Shown: positions 29,002 to 37,670 of the stretch, piece by piece | How positions within the stretch are numbered: the first letter of the stretch is position 1 | Layout of the letters: each line of letters begins with the position of its first letter | From: an uncultured Anaerolineales bacterium | GTDB taxonomy: Bacteria; Planctomycetota; Phycisphaerae; FEN-1346 | Assembly: GCA_964461715.1 (NCBI GenBank) | Contig: CAYWVR010000001.1 | Location: 14,400 to 78,399, forward strand | Direction: 5' to 3' | DNA length: 64,000 nt | The notes under the pieces: generated by a model | What the model was told of the DNA's origin: nothing | Databases searched by the model: none | The model's input: the letters and a program-made list of their open reading frames with translations, nothing else | Position numbers and translations under genes: made by a program

Positions 29002-30090
29002 TCAGGCCATCTGTTCCGCCACCTTCGAGAGCACCTCCAGCCCCCGCTCGATTGCCGCGGGCTCGGCGACGTACGAGATGCGGAAGTGCGTGTCCCGCTC
29101 GCTGAAGACGTTCCCCGGGATCACCAGGACCCCCGACTCGATGGCCCGGGCGCAGAAGGCCGTCCCGCTGCCGCCGGGGGCCTCCGGGAAGATGTAGAAC
29201 GCCCCGCCCGGCCGCACCACCTCGAATCGCTTCGAGAGGCCCTCGTAGACGAGGTCCCGCCGCGCGCGGAACGACTGGGCCAGGTCCGTCGTATCGGTCT
29301 CCAGGGCCGCCACGGCCCCCCATTGGAGCGGCGACGGGGCGCAGACGAACGTGTACTGCTGGAGCGTGGTCATCGCCCCGATCACCTCGGCCGGCCCGGC
29401 CGCGTACCCCATCCGCCAGCCCGTCATGGCGTGGGTCTTGGAGAACCCGCGAAGCAGGATGACGCGGTCGTAGAGGGGCCAGGGCGTGGGGCTGGGGCCG
29501 TCGTAGCTGAACAGGTTGTAAATCTCGTCCGAAAGAACCACGAGCCCGTGCCGCCGGGCCACCTCCACCGCCCCCGCCACCTCCTGCTCGGTATAGACCG
29601 CTCCGGTGGGGTTCGTGGGGCTGTTCAGGACCAGCATCCGCGTCCGTTCCGTCACGGCCGCCTCCAGCCGGTCGGCCCGCAGACGGAAATCCGGGTACGT
29701 GTCGACGAAGACGGGCGTCGCCCCGATCAGGTTCACGAGGTGCTTGTACATGACGAAGTACGGGTCGGGAATGAGCACCTCGTCGCCGGGGTTGACCGTG
29801 GCCAGCAGGGCCAGAAGAATTCCGCCGGAAACGCCGCTGGTGATCAGCAATGGGGCCTCGAAGGTCCCGAATTCCTCCGCCAGGCGCCCCCGCACCGCCT
29901 CCCGCAGGGCCGCCTCGCCCTGGGTCACGGTGTACCGGTTCGAGCCACGGCGGATGGCCTCGATGGCGGCTTCCTTGCACGCTTCGGGCACGTCGAAATC
30001 CGGCTGGCCGATCGAAAAGTTGATCGGGTTATCGAGCTTGGCCGCCAGCTCGAACACCTTCCGGATGCCGGAGGCGTCCACGAGGTCCAT
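29002..30090 (-). CDS. Pyridoxal-phosphate-dependent aminotransferase, class I/II (AspC-like). Start approximate
   Basis: IGQPDFDVP, NRYT, SKTHAMTGWRMGY (PLP-lysine) and C-terminal fold. Confidence 0.8.
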   Translation of the reverse strand: MDLVDASGIRKVFELAAKLDNPINFSIGQPDFDVPEACKEAAIEAIRRGSNRYTVTQGEAALREAVRGRLAEEFGTFEAPLLITSGVSGGILLALLATVNPGDEVLIPDPYFVMYKHLVNLIGATPVFVDTYPDFRLRADRLEAAVTERTRMLVLNSPTNPTGAVYTEQEVAGAVEVARRHGLVVLSDEIYNLFSYDGPSPTPWPLYDRVILLRGFSKTHAMTGWRMGYAAGPAEVIGAMTTLQQYTFVCAPSPLQWGAVAALETDTTDLAQSFRARRDLVYEGLSKRFEVVRPGGAFYIFPEAPGGSGTAFCARAIESGVLVIPGNVFSERDTHFRISYVAEPAAIERGLEVLSKVAEQMA

Positions 30091-30245
30091 GCGGCAAGCC
30101 AGGCGGGACGATTCGGCCACGGACAGGCTCCTTTCGGCTCTGGAAGGGCCTCTTCGTCGGAAACAGCCCCGCCCCGCGGCCCGCTTCCATCGGCGGACAG
30201 GGGGCGGACGAATCGGTCTCGGGCGACGCACGGCGGCGACCGGGC

Positions 30246-30503
30246 TCAGCTCTCCTCGGTTTCCGGCACGGTCTCGCCTTCGGCGGCTTCGAGGGCGGCG
30301 GCGGCTTCGGCGGCCTTTTCGGCGGCGGCGGCCTTCTTGCGGGTCTGGACCTTGCGATGGGCCACTTTCGGCAGGCCGAAGACGTCGCCCTCCTCGTCCC
30401 AGCGATCCTCCTCCTGGAGGACCTCGACCCGTTCGGCCCGCGTCAGCACGTTCCGGTGCCGCTCCAGCTCGCCCTTACTCCGAAGACTCTTATCCATCGA
30501 CAT
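30246..30503 (-). CDS. Small conserved basic/acidic protein (85 aa), function unknown
   Basis: MSMDKSLRSKGELERHRNVLTRAERVE... followed by a Lys/Ala/Glu-rich tail. Clean ORF with consistent codon usage. Confidence 0.45.
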   Translation of the reverse strand: MSMDKSLRSKGELERHRNVLTRAERVEVLQEEDRWDEEGDVFGLPKVAHRKVQTRKKAAAAEKAAEAAAALEAAEGETVPETEES

Positions 30504-30548
30504 CGGTGACTCCTTGTCCTCCGGGGGACCCGAGAAGGCCGTTCTCGG

Positions 30549-31322
30549 CTATTCAACCAGCACCGTGTACGCGTCCGCGGACGTGTACCAGCCGGTCTCG
30601 CGGCCGAATTCCCGGAGCAGCTCGTTCATCGTCCGTGCGTAATCGTTCGTCTCGGCCTCGGTGGCGAATCGACGTTTCGTATACAAGATGTAGTACCCGC
30701 CCCGCGAGACGATCTCCAAATCTATGCCCCGCTGCTGGAGGAACGCCAGCAAACGGTTCGTGTACTCCTCCTTCGCGACCGATAGACGCATTAACCGGAC
30801 GCGATACCGCTCGGCGGGCGTCTCAGGCGGCATCTCCTCGGCCCCGTCGGGCGTCTCGGCGACGGCTTCTTCCTCGCCCGCAGTAGCGTTTTCGGATGCG
30901 TCAGGGCCGATTTCGCGCTCTTCGCCCGCTCCCGGTATCTCGGCCAGGCCCGGCGTCACGGCCCCCTTTCGGACCGCCTCGAAGGCCGGCTCGCGGGGCG
31001 GGGAGGGCAGCTTCTCGCCCGTTTCGCCGCCTCCGCCGCTCAGCCGGGCCCCGAGGAAGTAGAAGATCGCACACAGGCACAGCACGGCGACGATCACCAC
31101 CGCCAGCCAGTAGTACGAAATCCACACCCCGCCGTACGCAATCGGCGTCTGGAGCGGCACGCCGGCACGGGCCGGTTTTTCGTCCCCCCGGGCCGCCGAA
31201 GGTTTCTGAGGCCGCCGTACGACCGGTTCCGGCCGGGCCGGCGCCTCCCCCTTTTCGTCCCGCTCCTCGCGTTCCCGGGCAAGGAGCTCAAAGAGGGCCC
31301 GGTGCTGCGGTTTCTTGGCCAT
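30549..31322 (-). CDS. Membrane-anchored protein with C-terminal SPOR-like domain (possible septal peptidoglycan binder)
   Basis: Basic N-terminus, single TM (WISYYWLAVVIVAVLCLCAIFYF), Glu/Pro-rich linker. C-terminal ~80 aa with a SPOR-like pattern (YRVRLMRL...YYILY). Confidence 0.4.
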   Translation of the reverse strand: MAKKPQHRALFELLAREREERDEKGEAPARPEPVVRRPQKPSAARGDEKPARAGVPLQTPIAYGGVWISYYWLAVVIVAVLCLCAIFYFLGARLSGGGGETGEKLPSPPREPAFEAVRKGAVTPGLAEIPGAGEEREIGPDASENATAGEEEAVAETPDGAEEMPPETPAERYRVRLMRLSVAKEEYTNRLLAFLQQRGIDLEIVSRGGYYILYTKRRFATEAETNDYARTMNELLREFGRETGWYTSADAYTVLVE

Positions 31323-32077
31323 CGCGTCCTCTCCGGGCGCACCATCATCGCCGGGCAGTGCGCAGAGTATAGATGCCTCGGCCGCCGGCCGTCAAGGGGC
31401 AAGGGAACACAATCGGGCATCTATACGCGTAGGGCACCGGAGCCGTGACGGTCTCGGATGGGGCGCGCCCTCCCGCGGGTGTTAACCTGGGAAAGATGGG
31501 TAAGCTTCCCGCCCCTTTTGGCGGGATTCGTGAAACGTTTTACCCCTAAGCGACACACTTTTCGCGACTTTTTGGGGGGTAGTCGGGGGGTTCTCGAACG
31601 TTTTGCCCCCTTTCTTGCGCGAACTTGCCCCCCTTTTGACCCCCTTTCGTCCGCATCTTCTAGATCTTCGTCGGCCGATCTGCCGCATAGAGCGAAACCG
31701 CCTGCGCAAAAACGAACGCCCTGCCCGAAATCCCCGGCGTCCGCGCCCGCCGTCGCCCGGTGCTCGGCGGCCCCCCCGTGCATCCGGGGCTTAGGATATC
31801 TGGAATCTATATTGTACACAAGCCCCGGCCGGGGCGATGGTCGGGACGGTCGGCGAGAGCGTCGCGCCGCCGCTGCGGGGACCGAAAAAAGGATAGATAT
31901 AAAGGACGGGCCGTATCTCGATCCTGCCCGGAGCTTGCGCGCCCGGCCCGCTTGCGGGCCGGCGAAACGGGCGCGGGGGTGCGCGGGGGCCCGTTGTCCC
32001 TTCGGCCCTTCCGTCTTTGACGTTGCCCCTGCCGCGCTCGCGCGGTTCAATAGGCGGCGGGGACGGAGGGAACGCGG
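31323..32077. other. ~750-bp non-coding region with lower-GC islands and direct repeats
   Basis: No credible ORF. Motifs GAAACGTTTTACCCC / GAACGTTTTGCCCCCTTT / CCCCCCTTTTGACCCCCTTT repeated. Contains TATATTGTACA and GATAGATATAAAGGA AT-islands. Confidence 0.5.
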
Positions 32078-33367
32078 ATGCGGATCGGGTGGATGATGGT
32101 GACGATGCTCGCGGCGGGGAGTGCGGCGATGGCGGCGACGAACGACGCGCTTTCGAGAAAGGCGATCCAGGCGCGGATCCGGGAGCATCGGACGGCGGAC
32201 CTGGAGGTCACGGTCGTCGATGCGGGCGGGGAGCCCGTGCCGGGGGCGAAGGTGACGGTTCGGCAGGTGCGGCACGCGTTCCTTTTCGGGGCGAACGCGT
32301 TCCCATTGAAGCCCGGGGATGCGAGCGAGAAGCAGCGGGCGTACCAGGCGAGGTTCACGGACCTCCTCAACTTCGCGACGCTCGCCTTCTACTGGGGATC
32401 GTTCGAGCGGCAGCCCGGCCGCCTCGCCACCGAGGATCGCCGCGCCCGGGCGGCGTGGCTCCTCGAGCGCGGCATTCGCACCAAGGGGCATCCGCTCCTT
32501 TGGAACATGGTCCCGCCGCGTTGGCTGCCGGAGGACCTGGAGGAACTCGAACGGCTCCAGATGGGGCGCATCACGCGGGAAGTCGCGGCGTGTAAGGGAC
32601 AGATCGACACGTGGGACGTCGTCAACGAGATGGTTCGGATGCCCGACGACAAGCAGCATGTCAACCCCATCACGCACCTCGCGAAGAAGCTCGGACGGGT
32701 CGAGACCGTGAAGCGCGCCTTTGCCCGGGCCCGGGCCGCCCACCCGAAGGCGACGCTCCTCATCAACGACTTCCGCGTCGACGCGGCTTACGAGCGGCTG
32801 ATCGAGGCGTGTCTCGAAGCGGGCGTCACGATCGATGCGATCGGCCTTCAGTCGCACATGCATCGCGGGGCGTGGCCCAGCGAGAAGGCGTGGGAGGTGT
32901 GCGAGCGGTTCAAACGCTTCGGCAAGCCCCTTCACTTCACGGAGGTCACGATCATCTCCGGCCGCCTGCGCGACGACATGCGGTGGGAAGGGCGGCACGA
33001 GGACTGGCCGACGACGCCGGAGGGCGAGGCTCGCCAGGCGCAGGAGGTGCGAGACTTCTACACGGTCCTTTTCTCGCACCCGGCGGTCGAGGCGATCACG
33101 TGGTGGGACCTGGTGGACGGGCACTGGCTCGGCGCACCCGCCGGCCTCCTGCGCCGGGACATGAGCGCGAAGCCCGCCTACGCGGAGCTTAGGAAGATGA
33201 TCAAGGGCGAATGGTGGACCGACGAGACCGTCGAGACGGGCGAGGATGGGCGGGTGACTGTGCGGGGGTTCCGGGGCGAGTACGAGGTGGCGGCGCCGGG
33301 GGCGAAGCCCGTGATGGTCCGGATCGAGAAGGGCGGGGCGAAGGCGACGGTGAAGCAACAAGAATGA
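32078..33367 (+). CDS. Secreted glycoside hydrolase family 10 endo-1,4-beta-xylanase
   Basis: Signal peptide. GHPLLWN, WDVVNE (acid/base Glu) and HFTEVTI (nucleophile Glu) motifs. Confidence 0.85.
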   Translation: MRIGWMMVTMLAAGSAAMAATNDALSRKAIQARIREHRTADLEVTVVDAGGEPVPGAKVTVRQVRHAFLFGANAFPLKPGDASEKQRAYQARFTDLLNFATLAFYWGSFERQPGRLATEDRRARAAWLLERGIRTKGHPLLWNMVPPRWLPEDLEELERLQMGRITREVAACKGQIDTWDVVNEMVRMPDDKQHVNPITHLAKKLGRVETVKRAFARARAAHPKATLLINDFRVDAAYERLIEACLEAGVTIDAIGLQSHMHRGAWPSEKAWEVCERFKRFGKPLHFTEVTIISGRLRDDMRWEGRHEDWPTTPEGEARQAQEVRDFYTVLFSHPAVEAITWWDLVDGHWLGAPAGLLRRDMSAKPAYAELRKMIKGEWWTDETVETGEDGRVTVRGFRGEYEVAAPGAKPVMVRIEKGGAKATVKQQE

Positions 33368-33381
33368 CGAAGGAACACGCC

Positions 33382-34185
33382 ATGAAACCCACGCGATACG
33401 CCCTCCTCCTCGCTTGCCTGACGGCCCCGGCCCTCGGCGCCGCCCCCGAGAAGCCCGACGCGCCCGAGGGCGAGAAGCCGAACCCCGGCCGCATCATCAA
33501 GGGGGTGCTGACGCCGCCCGAGCGGGTGCTGGAGGCGTATCTCCGGGACCGGGGGCCGGATACGAAGGTCCCGATCGTCGTCGACCCGAAGACGGGGGCG
33601 TTCGAGGCGACGGGCCTCAAGCTCGGGACGTACGACCTGGTGATCCGAACGCCGTGGGGGCGGCTGGAGGGGCTCGACATGGCCCCGACCGTCTCCGAGT
33701 ACGACGCCCTTATCCCCGAGGAGTACCGCACGACCGACCTCGGCGGCAAGACCGGGGGCGCGCTCGATGAGGCCGACCTCGCCGCCATTCGCCGCCACAT
33801 CCACGAGGTCAAGCGGCACGAGAACCGGATCCGCGACCTTCGGATCGAGGGCGACGCGAACCGCGCGGTGGCCCTGGTGGAGTTGATGCTCGATCAGGAC
33901 TTCGTCGGCCGCAAGGGCGACGAGGTCATCTGGCGGGTCGAGCAATGGTATTACGAGAAGAACTACGATGCGTGGACGCGCTTCCGGACGCGGGTCCTGA
34001 CGCGGCGCCGCGTCTCGAAGAAGACGTGGGCGACATGGGGATGGATGTTCGAGCCGAAGCTCGGGGGGCTCCACGTCACGGAGGAGCGCGCGGAGCCGAT
34101 TGTCGTTGCGTACAGGGTCCCCGAGAAGCCGGACCCGGCGATGGGCCTCGCGGGGACGGGCATGCCGCCGGCCGATAGGAAGTGA
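33382..34185 (+). CDS. Secreted hypothetical protein
   Basis: AAGGAA RBS. Signal peptide (MKPTRYALLLACLTAPALGAAP). No known domain. Confidence 0.5.
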   Translation: MKPTRYALLLACLTAPALGAAPEKPDAPEGEKPNPGRIIKGVLTPPERVLEAYLRDRGPDTKVPIVVDPKTGAFEATGLKLGTYDLVIRTPWGRLEGLDMAPTVSEYDALIPEEYRTTDLGGKTGGALDEADLAAIRRHIHEVKRHENRIRDLRIEGDANRAVALVELMLDQDFVGRKGDEVIWRVEQWYYEKNYDAWTRFRTRVLTRRRVSKKTWATWGWMFEPKLGGLHVTEERAEPIVVAYRVPEKPDPAMGLAGTGMPPADRK

Positions 34186-34314
34186 TGCGTCCCGTGGGGG
34201 CGAACGGGGCGCGCGGCGCAAGCGCCGGGACGACCGAGGCAGGCAGGAAGCAAGGTCCGGTTCGGCCCCCGCGGGCCCGGGGCGCGATCGAACATGACCG
34301 TCGTTCTGCCTGCC

Positions 34315-35172
34315 TCAGTAACGGGCCAATCGACGAAGGGCGCGAAGGTTCGTCGGGTCCATATCCTGGCCCTTCGGCCCTTTCTTCGGCGTCTCGAGGA
34401 TGAAGGGCAGGGGGGCGAGCGACGGGTGGGCGAGGATCGCCCGGAAACCGTCGCGGCTGATCCGGCCCCGCCCGATGTGGGCGTGACGGTCGCGGCGCGA
34501 GCCGAGGGGGCCGGCGGCATCGTTGGCGTGGACGAGGGCGACGCGGGCCAGGCCCCCCGCCGTATCGAACGCGCGAACCGTCGCGTCGACCGACTCGGGC
34601 GTCCTCAGGTCGTACCCCGCGGCGAGAAGGTGGCAGGTGTCGAGGGCCACCCCGAGCCGCGCCCCGCACCCGCACGCCGCGAGGACGGCGGCCAGTTCCT
34701 CGAATGTGCCCCCCAGGGCCCCGCCGCCCCCCGCGGTCGATTCGAGCAAGATGCGGCACGTGTGGTCGGGCCGGGCCTCGTGCAGCCGGTCGAGGGTCTC
34801 CGCAACGCGGGCGATCCCGGCCTCGGCGCCCGATCCGACGTGCGAGCCCGGATGAAGGACGAGCCCGGAAAGCCTCAGCTTCTCGGCCCGGTCCCACTCG
34901 CGTCCCAGGCAGTTCCGCGACCGGGTCCGCAGCGGCCGGTCGGGGCTCGCGAGGTTCAGCAGGTAGGAGGCGTGCCCGACGACCGGGTCGAGCCCGGCCT
35001 CCTCGGCCGCCTCCCGGAAGCGGGCGACCTCGCTCGGTCCGAGCCGCGTGAAGCGCCACCGGCGAGGGCTTTTGACGAAGATCTGGAGACAGTCGCACCC
35101 GAGGGCGACGGCCCGCTCGACGGCCATCGAGGGACCGCCCGCGACCGAGAGGTGGGCGCCGAACCGGGGCAC
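34315..35172 (-). CDS. nfo: Endonuclease IV (AP endonuclease, Nfo)
   Basis: PRFGAHLSVAGG N-terminus aligns with Nfo. TIM-barrel metal ligands (HASYLLNL, HPGSH, ALDTCH). GTG start overlaps the upstream stop (TAGTG). Confidence 0.8.
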   Translation of the reverse strand: MPRFGAHLSVAGGPSMAVERAVALGCDCLQIFVKSPRRWRFTRLGPSEVARFREAAEEAGLDPVVGHASYLLNLASPDRPLRTRSRNCLGREWDRAEKLRLSGLVLHPGSHVGSGAEAGIARVAETLDRLHEARPDHTCRILLESTAGGGGALGGTFEELAAVLAACGCGARLGVALDTCHLLAAGYDLRTPESVDATVRAFDTAGGLARVALVHANDAAGPLGSRRDRHAHIGRGRISRDGFRAILAHPSLAPLPFILETPKKGPKGQDMDPTNLRALRRLARY

Positions 35173-36497
35173 TATTCGGCTCCCGTGCCCGCCGAAGCCG
35201 GGGGCGCCACGACCGCCGCGGCCCGCCGCTGTGTCGCGAAGACCGTCTCGGCCGCGCGACGGAGATCGTCGTTCGTCACGGCTTCGAGGGCGTCGGCCAG
35301 TTCGGCGGGGGCGAGACCCAGTTGCCGCCGCCGCCCGATTCCGAACGCCACGCCGTAGGGATTTTGGGCCAGGGCCCGTTCCGGCAAGCCGGGCAGGCCC
35401 AGAACCAAGCCGAACGCGCCGCGGGCGCCGTTGACGTCCTCGCGCGTAAGTTCCGCCGCCGTGGCCGTGTCGACGAACGCTTGGAGGGCGGCGAGGGCCT
35501 CGTCGGCGGTCGACCCCGCGACCGCGGCCTGGATGAAGATGACGTCCGGGTCGTCGAGCGGGGCGAAGCGGGCCTGCGGCATGGCGTGCAGGGGGCCGCG
35601 CGTCTGGGCCTGTCGCCACAGCCGCGCCACCAGAACCAGGAACGGTGCGTAGTGCGGGTCGTCCGGCTCGGGCGCGGCCCACGCGAGACAGGCCGCCGAC
35701 CCGTCGGGGAGGGGGCCCTCGGCCGGCCCGACGATCTCGTGCGCCGGAAGCGACGGCGCGGGCGATTCCGGCGCCGCGGGGACGGCCTCGCCCTCGGGGA
35801 GCGTGCCGAAGTAGTATGCGATGCGCTCCTCGACGGCCGCCGGGTCGACGGCGCCGGCCAGGACGAGCGTCGCGTTGTTGGCCCGGTAGAGCGCCGCCCA
35901 GCGATCCTGGAGGGCCTCGGCGGTCAGCCTCTCGATGTGCTCCGGCACGCCGCCCTTGCGCCCGCCGCGCGGCCGGGGACGGACCGCGGCCCGGGCCCGG
36001 TTCATGGCGGCAAGCGCGGGCATGGTGCGATACATGTTAGCTAGTTCGGAAAGGACGCGGCGTTGCTCGCGGGCCACATCCGCCGGCTCGATATGCAGGT
36101 CCCCGAGCCTCGAGGCGGCGTCCCGCAGCTCGTCCTCCAGTTGCTCGGGCGGGAAGACGCACGCCACGACCGTGTAGTCGGCGCCGGTCTGGGCGTTCCA
36201 GCCCTGCCCGTAGCGGGCGACGTACTCGGTCATCGTCCGCCCCGGGGTGCGGCCCGCCCGGGCGGTGACGTAGCCGTGCTCGAGCAGGTGGCCGAGGCCG
36301 CTCGCGCCCTCGGGGTCGTGGCACTCGCCGACGGGGAAGAGGACGACCTCGGCGATCTCCGTGGCCCCGTCGAGCGGCCGGACGAGGACCGTCAGACCGT
36401 TGTCGAGACGGAATTCGTGCGGGGCCTCGGCGGACCCTCCGCCGCATCCGGCCGTCAGGGCGATCAGGACGAGCAGCATCAGGCGTCGGGTCGGCAT
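35172..36497 (-). CDS. M16 (pitrilysin/insulinase) family zinc peptidase lipoprotein
   Basis: Lipobox LTAGC. Inverted zinc motif HLLEH (HxxEH). Confidence 0.75.
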   Translation of the reverse strand: MPTRRLMLLVLIALTAGCGGGSAEAPHEFRLDNGLTVLVRPLDGATEIAEVVLFPVGECHDPEGASGLGHLLEHGYVTARAGRTPGRTMTEYVARYGQGWNAQTGADYTVVACVFPPEQLEDELRDAASRLGDLHIEPADVAREQRRVLSELANMYRTMPALAAMNRARAAVRPRPRGGRKGGVPEHIERLTAEALQDRWAALYRANNATLVLAGAVDPAAVEERIAYYFGTLPEGEAVPAAPESPAPSLPAHEIVGPAEGPLPDGSAACLAWAAPEPDDPHYAPFLVLVARLWRQAQTRGPLHAMPQARFAPLDDPDVIFIQAAVAGSTADEALAALQAFVDTATAAELTREDVNGARGAFGLVLGLPGLPERALAQNPYGVAFGIGRRRQLGLAPAELADALEAVTNDDLRRAAETVFATQRRAAAVVAPPASAGTGAE

Positions 36498-36558
36498 GGG
36501 CGGAGTCCTCCCGAATCGTGCGACAGACGCGGCGCGCCGGGCCGCGGCGGCCGGGCCC

Positions 36559-36972
36559 CTAGGGGGCCGCGATGGCGTCGGCGCGGAAGCCCTCGGCGCG
36601 GTGCAGGAGGGCCTCGGGATCGGCCGGGCGGCGCTCGGCCATCGTGAACGTGAACTGGTGCGTGTCGTAGCGTTGACCCGGCACGACCGTCTCGAACGCC
36701 AGGTCCGCGGGCACCCACTGATAGGGCGGGGCGTTGACCTTCGCCTCCGCCACGAGCGGCTCGTAGCCCGGGTGCTCGAGCCGCACCGCGTACGTGCCGT
36801 ACCACGTGAAGGGCACCGTGACGGGGGTGCGGCCGATCTCGTTGTCGTTGAGCCAGACCCGGGCCCCCTCGGGCTCGGACTCGATGGTGATCATCCGGTG
36901 GACCTGGCCGTAGCATCCGCCGACCAGGAGCGTGAGGGTGGCCAGCGCGAGCGGGGCGAGCGTGCGGGTCAT
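36559..36972 (-). CDS. PEGA-domain lipoprotein
   Basis: Lipobox LLVGGC. ESEPEGARVWLNDNEIGRTP PEGA motif. Confidence 0.65.
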   Translation of the reverse strand: MTRTLAPLALATLTLLVGGCYGQVHRMITIESEPEGARVWLNDNEIGRTPVTVPFTWYGTYAVRLEHPGYEPLVAEAKVNAPPYQWVPADLAFETVVPGQRYDTHQFTFTMAERRPADPEALLHRAEGFRADAIAAP

Positions 36973-37463
36973 GAGGCGGCTCCGAAGCGTGAGATCTCGA
37001 CGACGTCCGCCGAGAACGTGTCGGTGTCGACGAGGGCGACGGTGGCCCGGCCGGTCACCCACCCGCAGGTTTCGCCGGGGTTGACGACGAGGCGTCCCTC
37101 GTCGCGCTCGACCTGGGGCCGGTGGGTGTGGCCCACGATGAGGAGGTCGGCGGCCTCCTCGTCCTCGTGATGGAGATTATCGCGTATATGGATAAGGCAG
37201 ATCTTCCGGCCGCCCAGCTCCAGGTGCTTCGGCCCGTCCGAGAGCTCCGGCAACAGGGCCGCGAGGCCGGTCCGCTCGCCGTCGCAGTTGCCGAAGACGC
37301 CGTGGACGGGCAGGCGCGATTGGAGGATGCGCTTGAGGGCGAACGGGGCGCAGTAGTCGCCCGCGTGGATGAGGGCCTTGACGCCGGCCTCCCGGAACAC
37401 CTCCAGGGCCGCGTCGATGGCCGCCACGTGGTCGTGGGTATCGGAGAGGACGCCGATCTTCAT
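36969..37463 (-). CDS. YfcE/MJ0936-family metallophosphoesterase
   Basis: MKIGVLSDTHD, GDY, GNCD and GHTH metal-ligand motifs. Confidence 0.8.
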   Translation of the reverse strand: MKIGVLSDTHDHVAAIDAALEVFREAGVKALIHAGDYCAPFALKRILQSRLPVHGVFGNCDGERTGLAALLPELSDGPKHLELGGRKICLIHIRDNLHHEDEEAADLLIVGHTHRPQVERDEGRLVVNPGETCGWVTGRATVALVDTDTFSADVVEISRFGAAS

Positions 37464-37670
37464 GGCTGAGTGGCTCCCGCCGCCGTCGGCACGCGGAGTA
37501 TAGAAGCGGCCGGCGGTGCGTGTCAAGGCAAACGGACCCTCCCCACGACGCGAAAACATTTCCATTCGCCCCCGAATTCGCTATCGTGACCCCCCGTGGA
37601 TTCCGCGCGAATAGGGCCCCGGCGGGCGGCGTAGGCTATGGGTGTGGGACGGAACAAGGTCCAGCGGCCC

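Noticed and set aside
31323-32077. Possible tRNA or CRISPR array in the long intergenic region
   Set aside because: No cloverleaf-compatible segment ending in a CCA-able acceptor stem was evident. The repeats are short, imperfect and irregularly spaced, not a repeat-spacer array.
31421-33361. 646-aa minus-strand ORF antisense to the GH10 xylanase
   Set aside because: The xylanase on the plus strand has canonical GH10 catalytic motifs and a signal peptide. The antisense translation is low-complexity.
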